A DNA stretch of 64,000 bases from Octopus sinensis (lineage: Eukaryota): assembly GCF_006345805.1 (NCBI RefSeq), contig NC_042997.1, forward strand, positions 32,426,001-32,490,000, written 5' to 3'. Of the stretch, positions 1 through 13,607 are shown in pieces. The position numbers and the translations under genes were made by a program. The notes beneath the pieces were generated by a model. The model was given only the letters and a program-made list of their open reading frames with translations. It had not been told where the DNA came from and made no database searches. Every line of letters starts with the position of its first letter. The stretch's first letter is position 1.

Positions 1-388
1 TATTCTCCATTTTCTATACCAGTAATTGGTGGTGGTGATGATTGTTGTTTAACCCAGTAGTGCATGATTTGAGAATGAGTTCACTGTTATTTTCAGTTCG
101 TCAAACAACCTTATAGAGGCTCACCAATTAGCTCGTCCAGAGATTAATCATGTATAGATTGGCACTGCATTCATTACCCCCTTTCCTAACCAACCCCATT
201 GACTGTTACAGGATAGTTGGTCAACTGATCACCTGACCCAGCCAGCATCCACCAGCATGGAATAATTGATGCTAAAACAATAATAAGTGCTTGAACTTCC
301 TTTTTTGCATTTTCGTTCAATATTACTCAATTTCTGTTGATCTTTAACTGACATTCTAACTTTTTATATTTTTGTTTCTTTCGTACAG

Positions 389-557
389 TGTGGCTGGTAT
401 TGGGGCCCCTTGACATATGAAGCAGCTAAGGCCCTGTTGGACACCAAACCAGACGGCTCTTTCCTCTTGCGTGATAGTTCTGATGACTGTTATATTCTAA
501 GTTTATCTTTTAAATCCAATGGGAAAGTATACCACACAAGGATGGAGCATCACAAAG
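389..557 (+). CDS. SOCS7: SOCS7-like suppressor of cytokine signalling, internal coding exon (N-terminal half of SH2 domain)
   Basis: Pyrimidine tract plus ...cgtacAG acceptor ending at 388. Phase-0 translation CGWYWGPLTYEAAKALLDTKPDGSFLLRDSSDDCYILSLSFKSNGKVYHTRMEHHK(G) has the SOCS SH2 hallmarks GWYWG, GSFLLRDS and HTRMEH. Donor G|GTAAGA at 558. Upstream exons lie outside the window. Confidence 0.93.
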
Positions 558-624
558 GTAAGAGAATCATTTATGAAACTATTTGTTATTTCCTCCACCT
601 CTTTGGTAATTGTTGTTGTTGTAT

Positions 625-1000
625 ACTCTTTACTCTTTACTCTTTTACTTGTTTCAGTCATTTGACTGCGGCCATGCTGGAGCACCGCCTTTAGTCGAGC
701 AAATCGACCCCGGGACTTATTCTTTGTAAGCCCAGTACTTATTCTATCGGTCTCTTTTGCCGAACCGCTAAGTGACGGGGACGTAAACACACCAGCATCG
801 GTTGTCAAGCGATGTTGGGGGTCAAACACAGACACACAAACACGCACATATACATATATGTATATACATATATACAACAGGCTTCTTTCAGTTTCCGTCT
901 ACCAAATCCACTCACAAGGCATTGGTCGGCCCGAGGCTATAGTAGAAGACACTTACCCAAGGTGCCATGCAGTGGGACTGAACCCGGAACCATGTGGTTT
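625..1000 (-). mobile_element. tRNA-derived SINE, working family A (young copy, head slightly truncated)
   Basis: Minus strand carries B-box GGTTCAGTCCC, CCTTGGGTAAGTGTCTTC, an internal (TA/TG)n and a (GTAAAAGA)n tail. Near-identical to copies at 39908, 49055, 51820 and 54843. Confidence 0.9.
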
Positions 1001-2060
1001 GTTGTAGGTGTGGCTGTTTTCTTCAAGTAACTGCTTGATATTTAGGCAATTCTTATCAAACTGATGTTTATGCTTCTTGATAGAGAGCCCAAGGCACTCC
1101 ACGACTCTACTGTATAGTGTCTTTTACAATGTGTGCCCCATGCTGCTTCCATACCCAAATTTTCTAGCTTAGTGGACTCTAAGCATCTTTTCAAGATGTC
1201 AAGAAATTTGTTGTACATCAACCAAGTGTTTATATCACACAATTTTCTACATCTTTTACACCTTGTGTGTGTCCTTTTGGTTAGATACAGAGGTCGAACT
1301 TGAAGACAGTTAGTTAGTTAGTTCATTTTTTGGCTCAAAAAGCAAAAAGCAAGGCCATGTAGGGGGACATGGAGTTATGTACAGGGTGGTGTTCATGTAA
1401 AGAGTTCAGGCCACTTGAGGTCCAGGGAGACTTTGAACCGAGCGGTCGTCAGCATCTTCACCATCTCATCTGGCAGCTTATTCCACAGATCCTCAACCCG
1501 GACGGAGAAAGCCCCTCTCCTTCGATTGAGATGAAATCGTCGCAGATAGAGCTTTTCGGAATGACCCCACAGCCGACACTCTGGAGCAGGAGTGAAGAAC
1601 AGCTCTTTCGAGAGGTTACACTTTCCGCTTATGATGTTGTGAGCAAGAATGAGATCACCACGGCGGTGGCGTTAAATGGTGTTCAGTCCAATACCCTACA
1701 CCATACATGGTCTTCACAACTTTGTATTTTTTCCCATCCCTCCTCCTCATAAAATAATCAATGAGATGCCAATGCTTTGAGCAGCATTGCATCTATGTCA
1801 TGTTATGAGTAAGAAGGTGAAAGTGTCTACAATCAGAAGTTCATGCTGTACCTGGAGGAGTAGTAGAGTATTGTTGTTGTAATCAAATCTCGCATTGGAA
1901 TTACCAAGAATTCTTGTCTGCATTGAGGAAAGTGGTAATGACATTCAAGGCTTCATAATATTTGTCCTTAATCTCATCCGAATTGGTCAGGGTGGGCACA
2001 CAAGTGCTGACAATAATAGCAAACTTTTATATACGCACACCGATGCAATCACTTTATAAC
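1001..2060 (-). mobile_element. Decayed RTE/BovB-like LINE fragment (AP-endonuclease and downstream region), interrupted by a CR1-like insertion
   Basis: Frameshifted minus-strand pieces IIVSTCVPTLTNSDEIKDKYYEAL, KHWHLIDY, YWTEHHL and KKHKHQFDKNCLNIKQLLEEK resemble RTE-clade motifs (AYAPT...DEVKDKFYE; HWHLIDY; CWTDHRL; RKHQDWFDEN). Confidence 0.7.
1305..1671 (-). mobile_element. 5'-truncated CR1/L2-clade LINE 3' end with (TAAC)n tail
   Basis: Stop-free minus frame 1671-1393: RHRRGDLILAHNIISGKCNLSKELFFTPAPECRLWGHSEKLYLRRFHLNRRRGAFSVRVEDLWNKLPDEMVKMLTTARFKVSLDLKWPELFT*, matching the RGDLI..RGH..KL..FSxRVxxxWNxLP signature. Short 3' UTR and aactaactaactaa tail. Confidence 0.85.
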
Positions 2061-2474
2061 CATGTTCTTTTAGGTACTTTCCACACTGTGTGGCACTGCT
2101 TTCCACTATAGCATATCTTTAGGCTGACCAGTATGTGTGAAATTATAAAAGAAACTGTATGGAAGCCTGTTTGTGTGTGTATGCATGAGTGTTTACATTT
2201 TGCATCTTTGCATGAAGCTGTCTGATCAAAACAGTGATCTCATGCTTAGATTCCCTATAAAAAATTTTTTTCTAAATGTTAACAACTTTACACTTTTATA
2301 TATCAACAATGTTTAAAGTGAAACCCTGAATTGTAACAGTGTGACAGAATGTTATTGGGAGTTAGTAATAATGATACACCCTTCCCATGAGACAAATGGA
2401 ATAACCTGGTCACTATAAGTAAAGAGAAGTGCATAAAGTACCAGAGTACATAGTAGGCAATCAGAGATAGTCAT

Positions 2475-5231
2475 GTCTTTACTAGATTTAATAAGTATAC
2501 TGTAGACCAAAGTGGACCTTATAACAATTCAACATTTTAAGGTTTACAACAGTGGTGGTTAGGGTTTAAATGACTTATGAGGAATTAATAAACTCGACGT
2601 GGATTTAAACAACTCATGAAGAAATAATAAACTCAAGGATTTAAACAACTCATGAGGAATTAATAAACTCAAAGAGGATTTAAACAGCACATGAGGAATT
2701 AATAAACTTGATGAGGATAAACCAATTCATGAGGAGTTAATAGAAACTCGAAGGGCAGTTAATAAACTCACTAAGTTGGTGTACGAATTTTAAGAAAAAT
2801 CATAAAAGTATGGAAAATTTGTTGGCAGGTTTGCTCAAGTAGCAAAAACAGCAACAACAACAACAAATAATATTATAGCAACAAATGCTGCAATTACTGA
2901 AGCCATCAGGAAAGTCAAAAAATGTATTCTCGCCAGACTATATTGCAAACTCCATAACAGTTCAAATATGAACCTGACAAAGGAGTTACTTTCAAAGCAT
3001 ACTACAGAAGATATGAGCAAAACTTTGAGAAAGAATGTAAACATTGGAACGATGAGATGTAAACGCACTTAAACTCGAGAAAACTGGTGGCAACAGAACA
3101 TGAACAGTACAGTAATTATGTACTCCCAAGAAAATCTTCAGACTTAAACTTTAATGACACAATGGATATATTGCGTGAAATTTTCAGTGGAAAAAGCTCA
3201 TTGTCCAACACACGCTGGAAGTGTCTGAAGATAGAGAAAAACAACAACGAGGACTATATCACATATGCTGGCAGAGTTCACAGGGAATGCAAGAATTTTA
3301 AGCTGGATGAATTAACGCTACATATGTTCAAATGCCTGATTTTTACACAGAGACTTACTGCCAAAAAGAGCACAGAAGTTAGAATTCTCGCAAAGCTGGA
3401 ACAAAACTAGGATGTAACCCTACAGCAAATGTCAGAAAAATGTGAAAGGATAGCCAAATTAAGACACAACATAGAGGAAATTGAATGTAAAGATCGTTTC
3501 CAAGTAAAGCAAGTTTGAAATAGTCAGAATAGAGATAAAGTGTTTTCTAAAAACACAACAAAAATCAGGAAATAAACCCATATTTTGCATGTGGAGATAT
3601 ACACCAAGAGAAAATTGTCAATTTAAAAAAGTGGAGTGCTTTCATTGTGGAAATATAAGACATATAAAGACACTCTGTAGAATAAATTTGACAAAATGTC
3701 AGAACAAAGGAAAAAGAATAAATAATATGTCATCAAAAGAAATTGGTAATATAACGATGAGGAAATTCGTGAATGTGAAAATCAGAAATACAAGTGTTAA
3801 AATGCAATTGGACACTGGTAGTGATATCATCATTATCAATGTAAAAATAGGGAAATATGTTGGTAAGCTAAAATTAAATCTAAAAAGGTAGGATATGGTG
3901 TTATGGGAAAAAGATATTTTTTCGGTGAGTTCATATGTAATGTAACATTTTGAGGTCAATCAAAAAAGGCAAAGATATATGTCTTAAAAAGTTCACTTAA
4001 TCTATTTGGCACAGACTGGATGGAACTATTCAAAGTATGGAATATGTCTGTAAGTGTTTTGTGTGGAAATGGTCAGTTCAGTTGTAGGTTCAAATGCAGC
4101 TGAGGGACTGAAACAAAAAATTACAATGAAACTGAGTAGAACACTTGTATGTATTCCAAAACGAAATGAAAAATTGCCCACAATGAAAGGTAAACACTTT
4201 CCAAAAGAAGATGTTCCGTGGTCAAGACTACACATCGATTTTACGGGTCTTTTAAATGGTTCTTAATACTTAGTGGTAGTTGATAGTTTCTCGAAATGGC
4301 CAGGAATTCGTTAGTGTAAAAAAACCAACCTCCTTGACTCTGATAAATGTTTCACATGAATTGTTTGCAAGGTTTGGCATCCCAGACAAGATGGTGTCTG
4401 ACAATGAAAAGCAATTTGAGTCGAGTAAATTTTAAGAATTTTGTGTACCATTCATGGTAGAATAGATAGCTACGGCGCCATACCACCCCAGATCTAACAG
4501 AATGCTTTGTTGATACCTTCAAGAAAGCCCTAAGAAAATTAAATAAGGAAGTCATGGATGAGGTAGCTCTACAACAATTTTTAAGAGTGTACCATATGGC
4601 ACCAAATCTGAATACACCAGCAGGTAACTCACCAGCAGAGCTGATGTTTGCAGGGAAAGTAAAATCAGTCTTTGATAAATTGCTACCTGGCAAGAAAAGA
4701 AAAAGTGCCAGGTAAGTCATAGCAAGATTCTTTAAAGTTGGTGAGAAGGTGTATATGAGGGCATACAAGAATGGAAAGCAGAGTTGGGATGATGGTGTAA
4801 TTACCAAATAAATGCATAGGTAAAATGATGTATTGGGTAAAAAATAGAAAAAGCATACAAAAGGGACACAGGAACCAACTGAAAAAAAGATTCGTGAAAA
4901 GCAAACCAAAGAAGCTGGAAGAACCAATGGAATGGTTGTACGATATGTTCCAAGCACCAATGCCACTGCAGGTGATTGAACCCATGCGTACAAGTGAGAG
5001 GAAACGAAAACATAGTGTGTCCCTGAAAATGGATGCCAAGCTCAAAAAGTATTAGATTGTAGAAAAAAAAACCCTCAAAAAAGAGAGGTGGGGTGAATAA
5101 AAAAAAATTATTGCTAAATAAAATGGCACTTCCTAATAAAGACTTAAAAGGGGAGTCTTTACTGGTTTTACTAAGTATACTGTATGCCAAAGTGGGTGTT
5201 AGAATAATCCAACATTTTAAGGTTTATAACA
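2475..5231 (+). mobile_element. Degenerate Ty3/Gypsy-type (K02A2.6-like) LTR retrotransposon, internally deleted (gag-protease-integrase, no RT/RNase H)
   Basis: 77-bp direct repeats 2475-2551 and 5155-5231 (12 mismatches, ungapped, both ending ACA). Gag-like ORF 3087-3410, Cys/His knuckle CQFKKVECFHCGNIRHIKTLC, protease LDTGS, integrase WSRLHIDF...VVVDSFSKW...SDN...HPRSN. Purine tract 5077-5093. Many stops and frameshifts. Confidence 0.88.
2577..2770 (+). repeat. About five diverged 36-39-bp tandem units (ATGAGGAATTAATAAACTC...GGATTTAAACAACTC) in the LTR-element leader
   Basis: Units visible from 2577 onward, between the 5' direct repeat and gag. Confidence 0.8.
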
Positions 5232-5929
5232 CAGGATAATTCTTCAAAAGTCCTTTTAGCACTAATATAACTGTTTGCAATGTAGGTCAGTTGAGCTCAG
5301 TTGAATTTCTTAATGTAGTATGTTGCAACTTCCCCCATCCATCTTTTATATCTCCCATCTTTTCTTAAAAACCTTTACCCACTGCATTCATTATACCTGA
5401 CCTTATTGACTACCATGGCTCAGGGATTCCAGAATAGATTGACATTTGATCTTCTGTTAATATTGCTTGCTGCCCAGCTGACTCTAAGCAGTTGAAGTAG
5501 ACATGCTTAGCTAACTGAACAGGATTATCTTACATTGTGTCATTTTCAGGGTAGTGCTCCCTGAATATGCTCCTTTCTTTTGATAACATTTTTATAAAAC
5601 ATATAAAATAAGCTGTATATATATCAAAAGTTATCCTCAACAAAATAGCAAAGATAGTATTAAAATATATATGAAAAGTAATTTTTTGTAAAATACGAAA
5701 CAGAAAATTTTATGTGTCAATTGACTGCTAAAAAGACTTGTGAATCACACTATATCTTAGGGTTTAAATATATAAACAATATTGGTATATAAAGTATTTT
5801 TGTTACATTTGTATACACACACACACGCGCAACTAAATATTTTTCAGCTTAAGATTAAATCTCCAAAAACCTATTCAAGGTACTTGCAGGGCTTCAAAGC
5901 TCTAATCCAGTACATCAGAGAAGTCATAT

Positions 5930-5950
5930 CAACACACATATATATATGTA

Positions 5951-5984
<34 letters not shown>

Positions 5985-6344
5985 AGCAAGGGAGAGATAG
6001 GTAGCTTTACATACATGCACGCACACGTGTATGTATATAATATGCATATATAATATGTGTGTGTGTGTATATATATATATATGACTATATATGTGTGTAT
6101 ATGTGTATGTATATATGTGTGTGTGTGTATATATGTATACATGTATATATATATATATGTGTGTATGTATGTATGTGTATATATATGTATGTATATATAT
6201 GTATATATATATAGTTAATCCAAACAAAAAAATACAAAAAAACACAACAACGCGAGGACGTGAAACAAATATAGTATTATTGGACGCTCATATATATATA
6301 TGTATATATGTATGTATATATGTATATATGTATGTATATGTATG

Positions 6345-6410
<66 letters not shown>

Positions 6411-6792
6411 GTGTGTATGTATGTGTATGTGTATATATATATATATGTCTGTATGTATGTATATGTGTATGTATATATATATATATATAGTCTGTATGTA
6501 TGTATGTATGTATATGTGTATGTATATATATATATGTATATGTATGTATGTATGTATATATGTATGTATGTATGTATATATGTATGTATGTATATATATA
6601 TATATGTATGTATGTGTATGTATATATATATATGTATGTATGTATGTGTATGTATGTATATATATATGTATGTATATATGAATATATATATATGTTTGTA
6701 TGTATTTATATGTATATATGTTTGTATGTATATATATATATATATATATATTTGTATGTGTATGTTTGTGTGTGTGTATATTATATATATAT
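5930..6792. repeat. Large compound (TA)n/(TATG)n/(TG)n microsatellite with one short unique interruption
   Basis: Seen directly; it generates the spurious Y/I/M/V/C/H/T-rich ORFs. Confidence 0.97.
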
Positions 6793-7416
6793 ATTATAAA
6801 GAGTTTTGTTTGTCGCAACAAACAGCATTTATTATTATATAGTCACACAGTTTGCTGTTGTTGCTATATACATTACATTTAAAAAAATACCATACTAAAT
6901 CACAAGATAACATTGGTTAATTAAGTTACACAAACTGGTTGCAGATCTATAGAAACCCTTCATGAAAACCCATTTGAATTTCTAGTTTATCACATCTTTC
7001 CCTCTCCCATTAGCTTTTATTTGATTAACACCACTCACCTGCAATGTTTTACTTTTAAGTTCTTCATATTCTTCATTTTCTGGCATCAATTGACTCTATT
7101 TATCTCTTACACTAGTGTAATTATCTATTTTTCCTTTATTCATAATCTTGTAAATGGTGTGTGTGTGTGTTTACGTGTGAACATGTGTATATTGAACTGA
7201 TCTACTTATAGCTGCTTTGCTCTTGAACCCCTTTTCCGACCTATATTCTTCCTTCGACAAATGGTTCTCCAAGAGCTCAAACTGACTATTAACTCTATTA
7301 ACTGCATTCAGCTGTCCCCATCCTCCAGCACTGAGAAGTTTAATAAGACTATGAGCAGCACTATGCTTCCACTTTCAATTAAATCATTAACATAAAATAA
7401 TTTAATAATTTACCAT

Positions 7417-7833
7417 ATAGGCGCAGGAGTGGCAATGTGGTAAGTAGCTTGCTTACGAACCACATGGTTCCGGGTTCAGTCCCACTGCGTGGCACCTTGG
7501 GTAAGTGTCTTCTACTATAGCCTCAGGCCGACCAAAGCCTTGTGAGTGGATTTGGTAGACGGAAACTGAAAGAAGCCCGTCGTATATATGTATGTATATA
7601 TATATATGTGTATGTGCGTGTTTGTGTGTCTGTGTTTGTCCCCCCAACATCGCTTGACAACCGATGCTGGTGTGTTTACGTCCCCGTAACTTAGTGGTTC
7701 GGCAAAATGAGACCGATAAAATAAGTACTAGGCTTACAAACAATAAGTCCTGGGGTCGATTTGATCGACTAAAGGCGGTGCTCCATCATGGCCACAGTCA
7801 TATGACTGAAACAAGTAAAAGAGTAAAAGAGAG
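7417..7833 (+). mobile_element. SINE family A, full length
   Basis: GGCGCAGGAGTGGC-ATGTGG A-box, GGTTCAGTCCC B-box, internal microsatellite, GTAAAAGA tail. Confidence 0.9.
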
Positions 7834-7964
7834 TTGTAACTGTAAGCAACACATCGCAATATGTTTCTATGGAAATAGGAAGAGAAAATGGCAGCAAACT
7901 GGATGAATTGCTAGAGCATTGGATGTAAATGTGGTACTTATTTCTAGCTCCTTGCATTCAGCAC

Positions 7965-8203
7965 TCATCATCGTTTAACATCCATTTTCCATGCTAGCAT
8001 GGGTTGGACGGTTTAACTGGGGTCTGGGAAGCCAGGAGGCTGCACCAGGATCCAGTCTGATCTGGCAGTGTTTCTACAGCTGGATGCCCTTCCTAACGCC
8101 AACCACTCCGTGAGTGTAGTGGGTGCTTTTTACGTGCCACCTGCACAGGTGCCAGACGAGGCTGGCAAACGGCTCCGATCGGATGGTGCTTTTTACGTGC
8201 CAC
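7965..8203 (-). mobile_element. RTE-LINE 3'-UTR fragment (working family C) with (ATG)n tail
   Basis: Matches the 3' end of the longer element at 29797-30908 (GTTGGCGTTAGGAAGGGCATCCAGCTGTAGAAAC...CATGGAAA...GTTAAACGATGATG). More diverged copies near 10600-10810, 11490-11750, 27520-27740, 41800-42030 and 44340-44530. Confidence 0.8.
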
Positions 8204-11200
8204 TTCACTTTTCATTTCACCAGAGTCGATAAATCAAGGAATTAGTAGAATTGCCAGTGTGCTTTGCAGTTTTTGTTCCAGCTCTTTGCAATATGTGTTC
8301 AAATCTCCCCCTAATCCTGCCCTACTTGGGTGACAGACTCAATTCTCAACTTGGTTTAATGTCACAATCTGGTTTTTGGGTACCTCCAGCAGAATCCTCT
8401 GGTGCAACTATTCAGGCCAGTTTGGCAGTTCCTTCATTCTTTCTCCACCAGTCTCAGATGCCTTGAAAATAATCACAGGCACACCTTTTCCTTTTGACAA
8501 AACAATGACAAAAAAAAAAAGGAAAAAGAAAAACCAGCTGTCTGCAGGAAGAAGTCAAATGCACTTTAAATTGGTCTGGTTTTGTTAAAAAATAAATTTG
8601 TGTTTTTTCCTCTCTTTTTTTCTTTATTTTTTCATCCAAATAGACAAACAGAAACAATCACCATACCTTACACTTTTACTAGTTTCAGTCATTGTTCTGT
8701 GGCCATAATAGAGCATAGGCTGATTGCATCAACTCCAATAATTATTAGCCCCCAAGATGACCTTAATTGAGCAGATCTATAATCAAAAGCATTCCTGCTA
8801 CAACTTTGTCTCATCTTCCCCTTTTTTTAAAGCATAAGTGTGTGAATTACACTGTCCAATGTTTCCTTTTTTTTTTATGACAGTAGACTGTATGTAAAAG
8901 AAGAATTTGGTTGCTATTTTTAGCAGGTTAAGTCGTTAGCTCCAAACTGGTGATGATAGTGATAGTTATAGCTCAGTATTCAATCAATTATTTTTCACGT
9001 TCTAACTTTCTTAGCACATTATTTGTTGTGGTTGATGTAAATGTTGTTGTTGCTATGGTTGTTGTTTCGTAAATCCCACCACCACCACCATCCACATCAT
9101 CATCATCATCATTATTATGTTATAGATAGCTTGAATAACATTATGCTTTCAAAACTGTAGCTACTTGGCAGATAACACCAACAACAAAAAAAAAAGAAAT
9201 TGAAAAATTATAAAAATAAAGAAAAATCTTTTTTAATAATTAGCTAACGTAGCTATTCTATTTGCTAATCCTGTTGTAAATGAGTTATTATAAATGAAAT
9301 GAAGCAGATAGATATAATAAAGTGAAGAAGAAAAAGAAGAAAAAAGATGAAGAAGAAGAAATAACAACATCAACAACAGCAACAGTTCCACTTGTTTACT
9401 TTGAAAGCTGCTTTATTTGGATGATTTCGTTGTAGTTGAAATTCTAGATGCTGCTAGCTATTTTCAAGCTTTAATGTTTGTTTGTTAATGCATATCCCTA
9501 GGTCCACTTTTGATTTTCTAATATCTTCTATATTATTAAATGGAGATGGTGGAGTGCTTTGTTTTACACCTGATATTCTTGTTGATAATGTTGGTCTCTG
9601 TTTATCTATCTATCTATCTATGTTTATTGGTTGGTTTACCTAGCAACATTATTTCCCTGTAGTGACTTCAGTGACAATGTATTTATAATTGTATTAACTT
9701 GCCAAGTATAGCTTTTTCTTTTTTTTTTCTTTTTTTTTTTGCCATGTATATAGATAATAGTAATGACTAAACACTTTGTACTTTTACTGCTTTCAATCAT
9801 TGGATGTAGTTGGAGCATAGTTAATTTCATTAACCCCAATACTTATTTTTCTTGATCTTGGAAAAATTCAGAAAGGCAAAATAGATCTCGTTGGGAATAG
9901 AACCTCAAAACATAACAAATACCCTTTAAAGTTTCCATTTCCCCTATTTCATTTGCATGGCTTGGGTCTACCAAAAGCTGAAGGTACTTCCTCCAGGAAC
10001 TACTTAATTATAGGGTATACTTCTTAACTGCACAGTTATGTTACACTTTTGTCCTTTTGCTTCAGCAAGTATAAGCTGCAATTTAATCCAAATAATTGTA
10101 GAATAGAATTGTCCTTTCCTTCATCATTTTTTCTTTGTATTTTTCATACTTTTCTGTAATACATGATTTTCCTTGTTATATCAAATCTCAAAACAAGGAA
10201 AGCCAAAACCTGTTAAGTAAGCAAAATATTAGAAAATGCTCTCTATATATGTGTGTATATACCTTGCTTCCTGGAGGTATATCCAATTGACTGCACTCAT
10301 AATTCAAAGGACCAGCCTTGATGCACGTTTGTCTTATTGATTCTGCATGTCTATGATATATTCAACCACTTGCTAATTTAATGATTTAGTTTATCAAACA
10401 GCTGACATACTCTTTGTCAAAACCAATGGATATTCAATAACTTATATATAAGTTGATGTATGTGTATAGATGCAAACACATACACACATGTACAGAGTGA
10501 GAGATAATCATGTCTCTTTTCTAGAGCAAAACACCTGTCCCTGTCCTGGCATAAAACCCCTCTCTGGAGGAAGCTTCTTTTTGTTTGTCTTGCATGTTAT
10601 TTGGCAACCTTCACTTTGTGCCAATGTCATGAAAAAAGGACAACTAGCACACTCTGTAAAAATGGTTGGTATTAGAAAGGTCATCAAGCCATAGGAACCA
10701 CGACTAAGCAGATATTGGAGCTGGATGCAATCCTCCAGTTGGTTGGTTCTTGTCAAGCGATCTAGTTTGTGCCAGCATGGAAGATAGATGTTAAACAATG
10801 ATGATGATAAATACACAAACATATCAAGGCACACAAATGCAAACATACAATGTAATAGCTCCCTATACATGGCATTGCTGAAAGAATTACCATGATATTA
10901 AAATTTTCATTCAGATGTGAATGATATGAAGAATCTTTCAATCCCTTCAGTTTCAAAAGCTTGGCAGAATATGAAAATTCCAATAGTGGGTGGGGTTGTC
11001 AGGAAATATAGTTGGTTGTATGGCAATAGAGATGTTAACCTAACTGCTTTGTGCTTGTGAAGAATGGTTTCAAATTTTAATAAAATCTTTTCTGAAGAAC
11101 AGAAAAGGGAAGATTGGCATGATTGATAAAACAGGGTGCCAACTGTTTTCAAAGGATATAAATAAGAACATTTTGTTGTAAGGTGTTTTGTGTGTGTGAG

Positions 11201-11319
11201 TGAGAGAGAAAGTGAGCAAGGAAGTAATTAAAAGCAGAATATAAAATAATTAATGTGTGATAAGGAGAGTAAAAGTAGAGTAATAAATAGAATTTTCAAG
11301 ATCAGAAATGAAAGAGGTT

Positions 11320-11452
11320 GGGTGGTTGGTTGCTTGGTTGGTTGAATGGAAGGATAGTTGGCTGGTTGGTAGGCTGGATGGTTGGTCGGTTGGCTGGATG
11401 GATGGATTGATGGTTGGTTGGTTGGTTGGTTGGTTGGACAGTTGGATGGATG
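11320..11452. repeat. (TGGT/TGGA)n tetranucleotide microsatellite
   Basis: Seen directly. Confidence 0.9.
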
Positions 11453-11854
11453 ATTTGTTATTGAGCAAATCTATGAGGAAAGGGTTTCCAGCCACATCAT
11501 CATCATGATCATCATTTAACATCCGTCTTCCATGCTGGGATGAGTTAGATGATTTGACAGGAACCAGTCAGGTAGAAGACTACACCAGACTACTGTGACT
11601 GTTTGGGATTGGTTTTTATGGCTAGATGCCCTTCCTATCACCGACCACCCCATAGTGGACTAAGTGCTTTTTTACATGGCACCAGCACAGGTGAAGTCAG
11701 TTTTGGCATGGATTTTACTGCTGGATGCCCTTCCAAATGCCAACCACTTCACACTATCCTATTTATTTTTCAAGCATAATGTCTAGATATCCATTCTCTT
11801 ATTGTGTCCTTCTTTTCTAAGTCAATAAATAGTATGATTTCAAGAAATGGCCAT

Positions 11855-12232
11855 ATGGCTTGTAGCTTGCTTACCAACCACATGATTCCAGGTTCAGTCT
11901 CACCATGTAGCCCCTTGGGCAAGTATCTTCTACAATAGCCTCAGGCCAACCAAAGCCTTGTGAGTGGATTTAGTAGCTGGAAACTGAAAGAAGCCCATCA
12001 TATATGTGTGTGCATGTATGTTTGTGTGTCTGTGTTTGTCCTCCCACCATCGCTTGACAACCAATGCTGGTGTGTTTACATCCCCTTAACTTAGCAGTTC
12101 AGCAAAAGAAGCCAATTGGATAAATACTAGGTTTACAAAGAATAAGTCCTGGGGTCAATTTGTTCAACTACAGACAGTGCTCCAGTATGGCCACAGTCAA
12201 ATGACTGAAGCAAATAAAAGAATAAAAGAATA
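11855..12232 (+). mobile_element. SINE family A, older copy
   Basis: Same modules as 7417-7833 with CpG decay. Confidence 0.8.
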
Positions 12233-13607
12233 ATTGACTGTTTGAGTATCAGATAGAATGCTTTGCAATATTTGCTCCAGTTCTCTCCACACTGAGTTCA
12301 AATCCTGCCAAGGTCATCTTTATCTTTTGTCCTTCAATGGGTGAGTGGCTGGTGGGGTTAATAAAATAACCAGTTCAGGATAGTGGCTTGGCGGAATAGT
12401 TAAAGCATCTGGTAAGATATCTTACAGTATCTGTTCCAGCTCATTGCAAATGAGTTCAAAATCCATCCTCTTATCATTGACATTCAGAACTGAAAACAGA
12501 ACCTTCAGGACTTGACTAATAGTGAGAGGCCTCCACTTTCAGATGGAGTAACAATGTGTTAATTAGAGCAACATCTTGTTGGCATCAATCCAAAAAAAAA
12601 AAAATTGTAATAATAATAGAAAATTTTTTAAATAATGGAAAAAAAAAAAGAAAAGCAGCCCTTGCAAAGCAAGATAAATAAAGTGTGATTGAAGGAGTTA
12701 ATAGGCACTATTTCTAGCTAGACAAATGACTACATAGATTTTTCTGTTGTTATAATCAGTGGCAGCATCAATGTTGATGAGACAGAATTGTTTGCTTTGT
12801 TGTGATAACTTGCCAAATTTGCCAGTTGGAATGGTTAAAAAGAGTTTTGTTCTCAATGACCTAATTATTTTCAATGTCACAGTCTTGGGCAGCAGCTATC
12901 TGTAATACCGATTGCATGTAAGTATTTGCAGATGGATTTGTAGAATGGTTGTGACGTTCTTAACTATTGACTACACTGTAGGTGCTGAAACCTTCTGAAA
13001 GCCATTGTGTTGCACCTCTCAGAAGCGTGAAGCAAAACCCCACATACTGCAGTCTCACTAGATGACAACCTGTCCTGCTTCTATTTTCTAGTTGAGTGGC
13101 TTATGGTAAAGGCATAACAGTGATTTCTGAAAAAGAATACTGGCTATTCCAACAAATATTAAAAAAAAATTGCAACATTGTGTACAATTAGTAATCTTGT
13201 TGATCAAAATTTCTCCAAATTTCTAATCTGTCAAACTCTCTGGAAAATTGCATGGTAATGCTTCAGTTTAGTGGAAGAAATTATGAAAATTTTCTCTCTT
13301 ACTTTCATGGCTTTATGACATGGGTGAGTTGCTTAATTATGAAAATATTCTTTGTTCCATCTTTACCTGTATGACATGGGAATGCTGAAATGGGCCTTGA
13401 CAGTTTTTTTCATGTCATGATGGAGTAGATTAAGGAGACTGTGAGCCAGAGTAATTGAAAGTCTTTGTTGCTTAATGTCCAGTGAGAGAAGTGAGTTGTG
13501 AGGTTGAGTGGAATCTATGGATGTGCACATGCTACCTTGTAGAACTAAGTTTAAGTAAAGGGTGTATCCTGGAAGGCAGAGATAAACTGTGATAAGTAAC
13601 TATCATT

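Noticed and set aside
2552-2570. Primer-binding site of the Gypsy element (TGGTGGTTAGGG)
   Set aside because: Position and TGG start fit, but I could not match it to a specific tRNA 3' end.
5782-6882. Long Y/I/M/V/C/H/T-rich ORFs here and at 30863-31489, 32801-33461 and 62895-63545
   Set aside because: Translations of (TA)n/(TG)n microsatellites.
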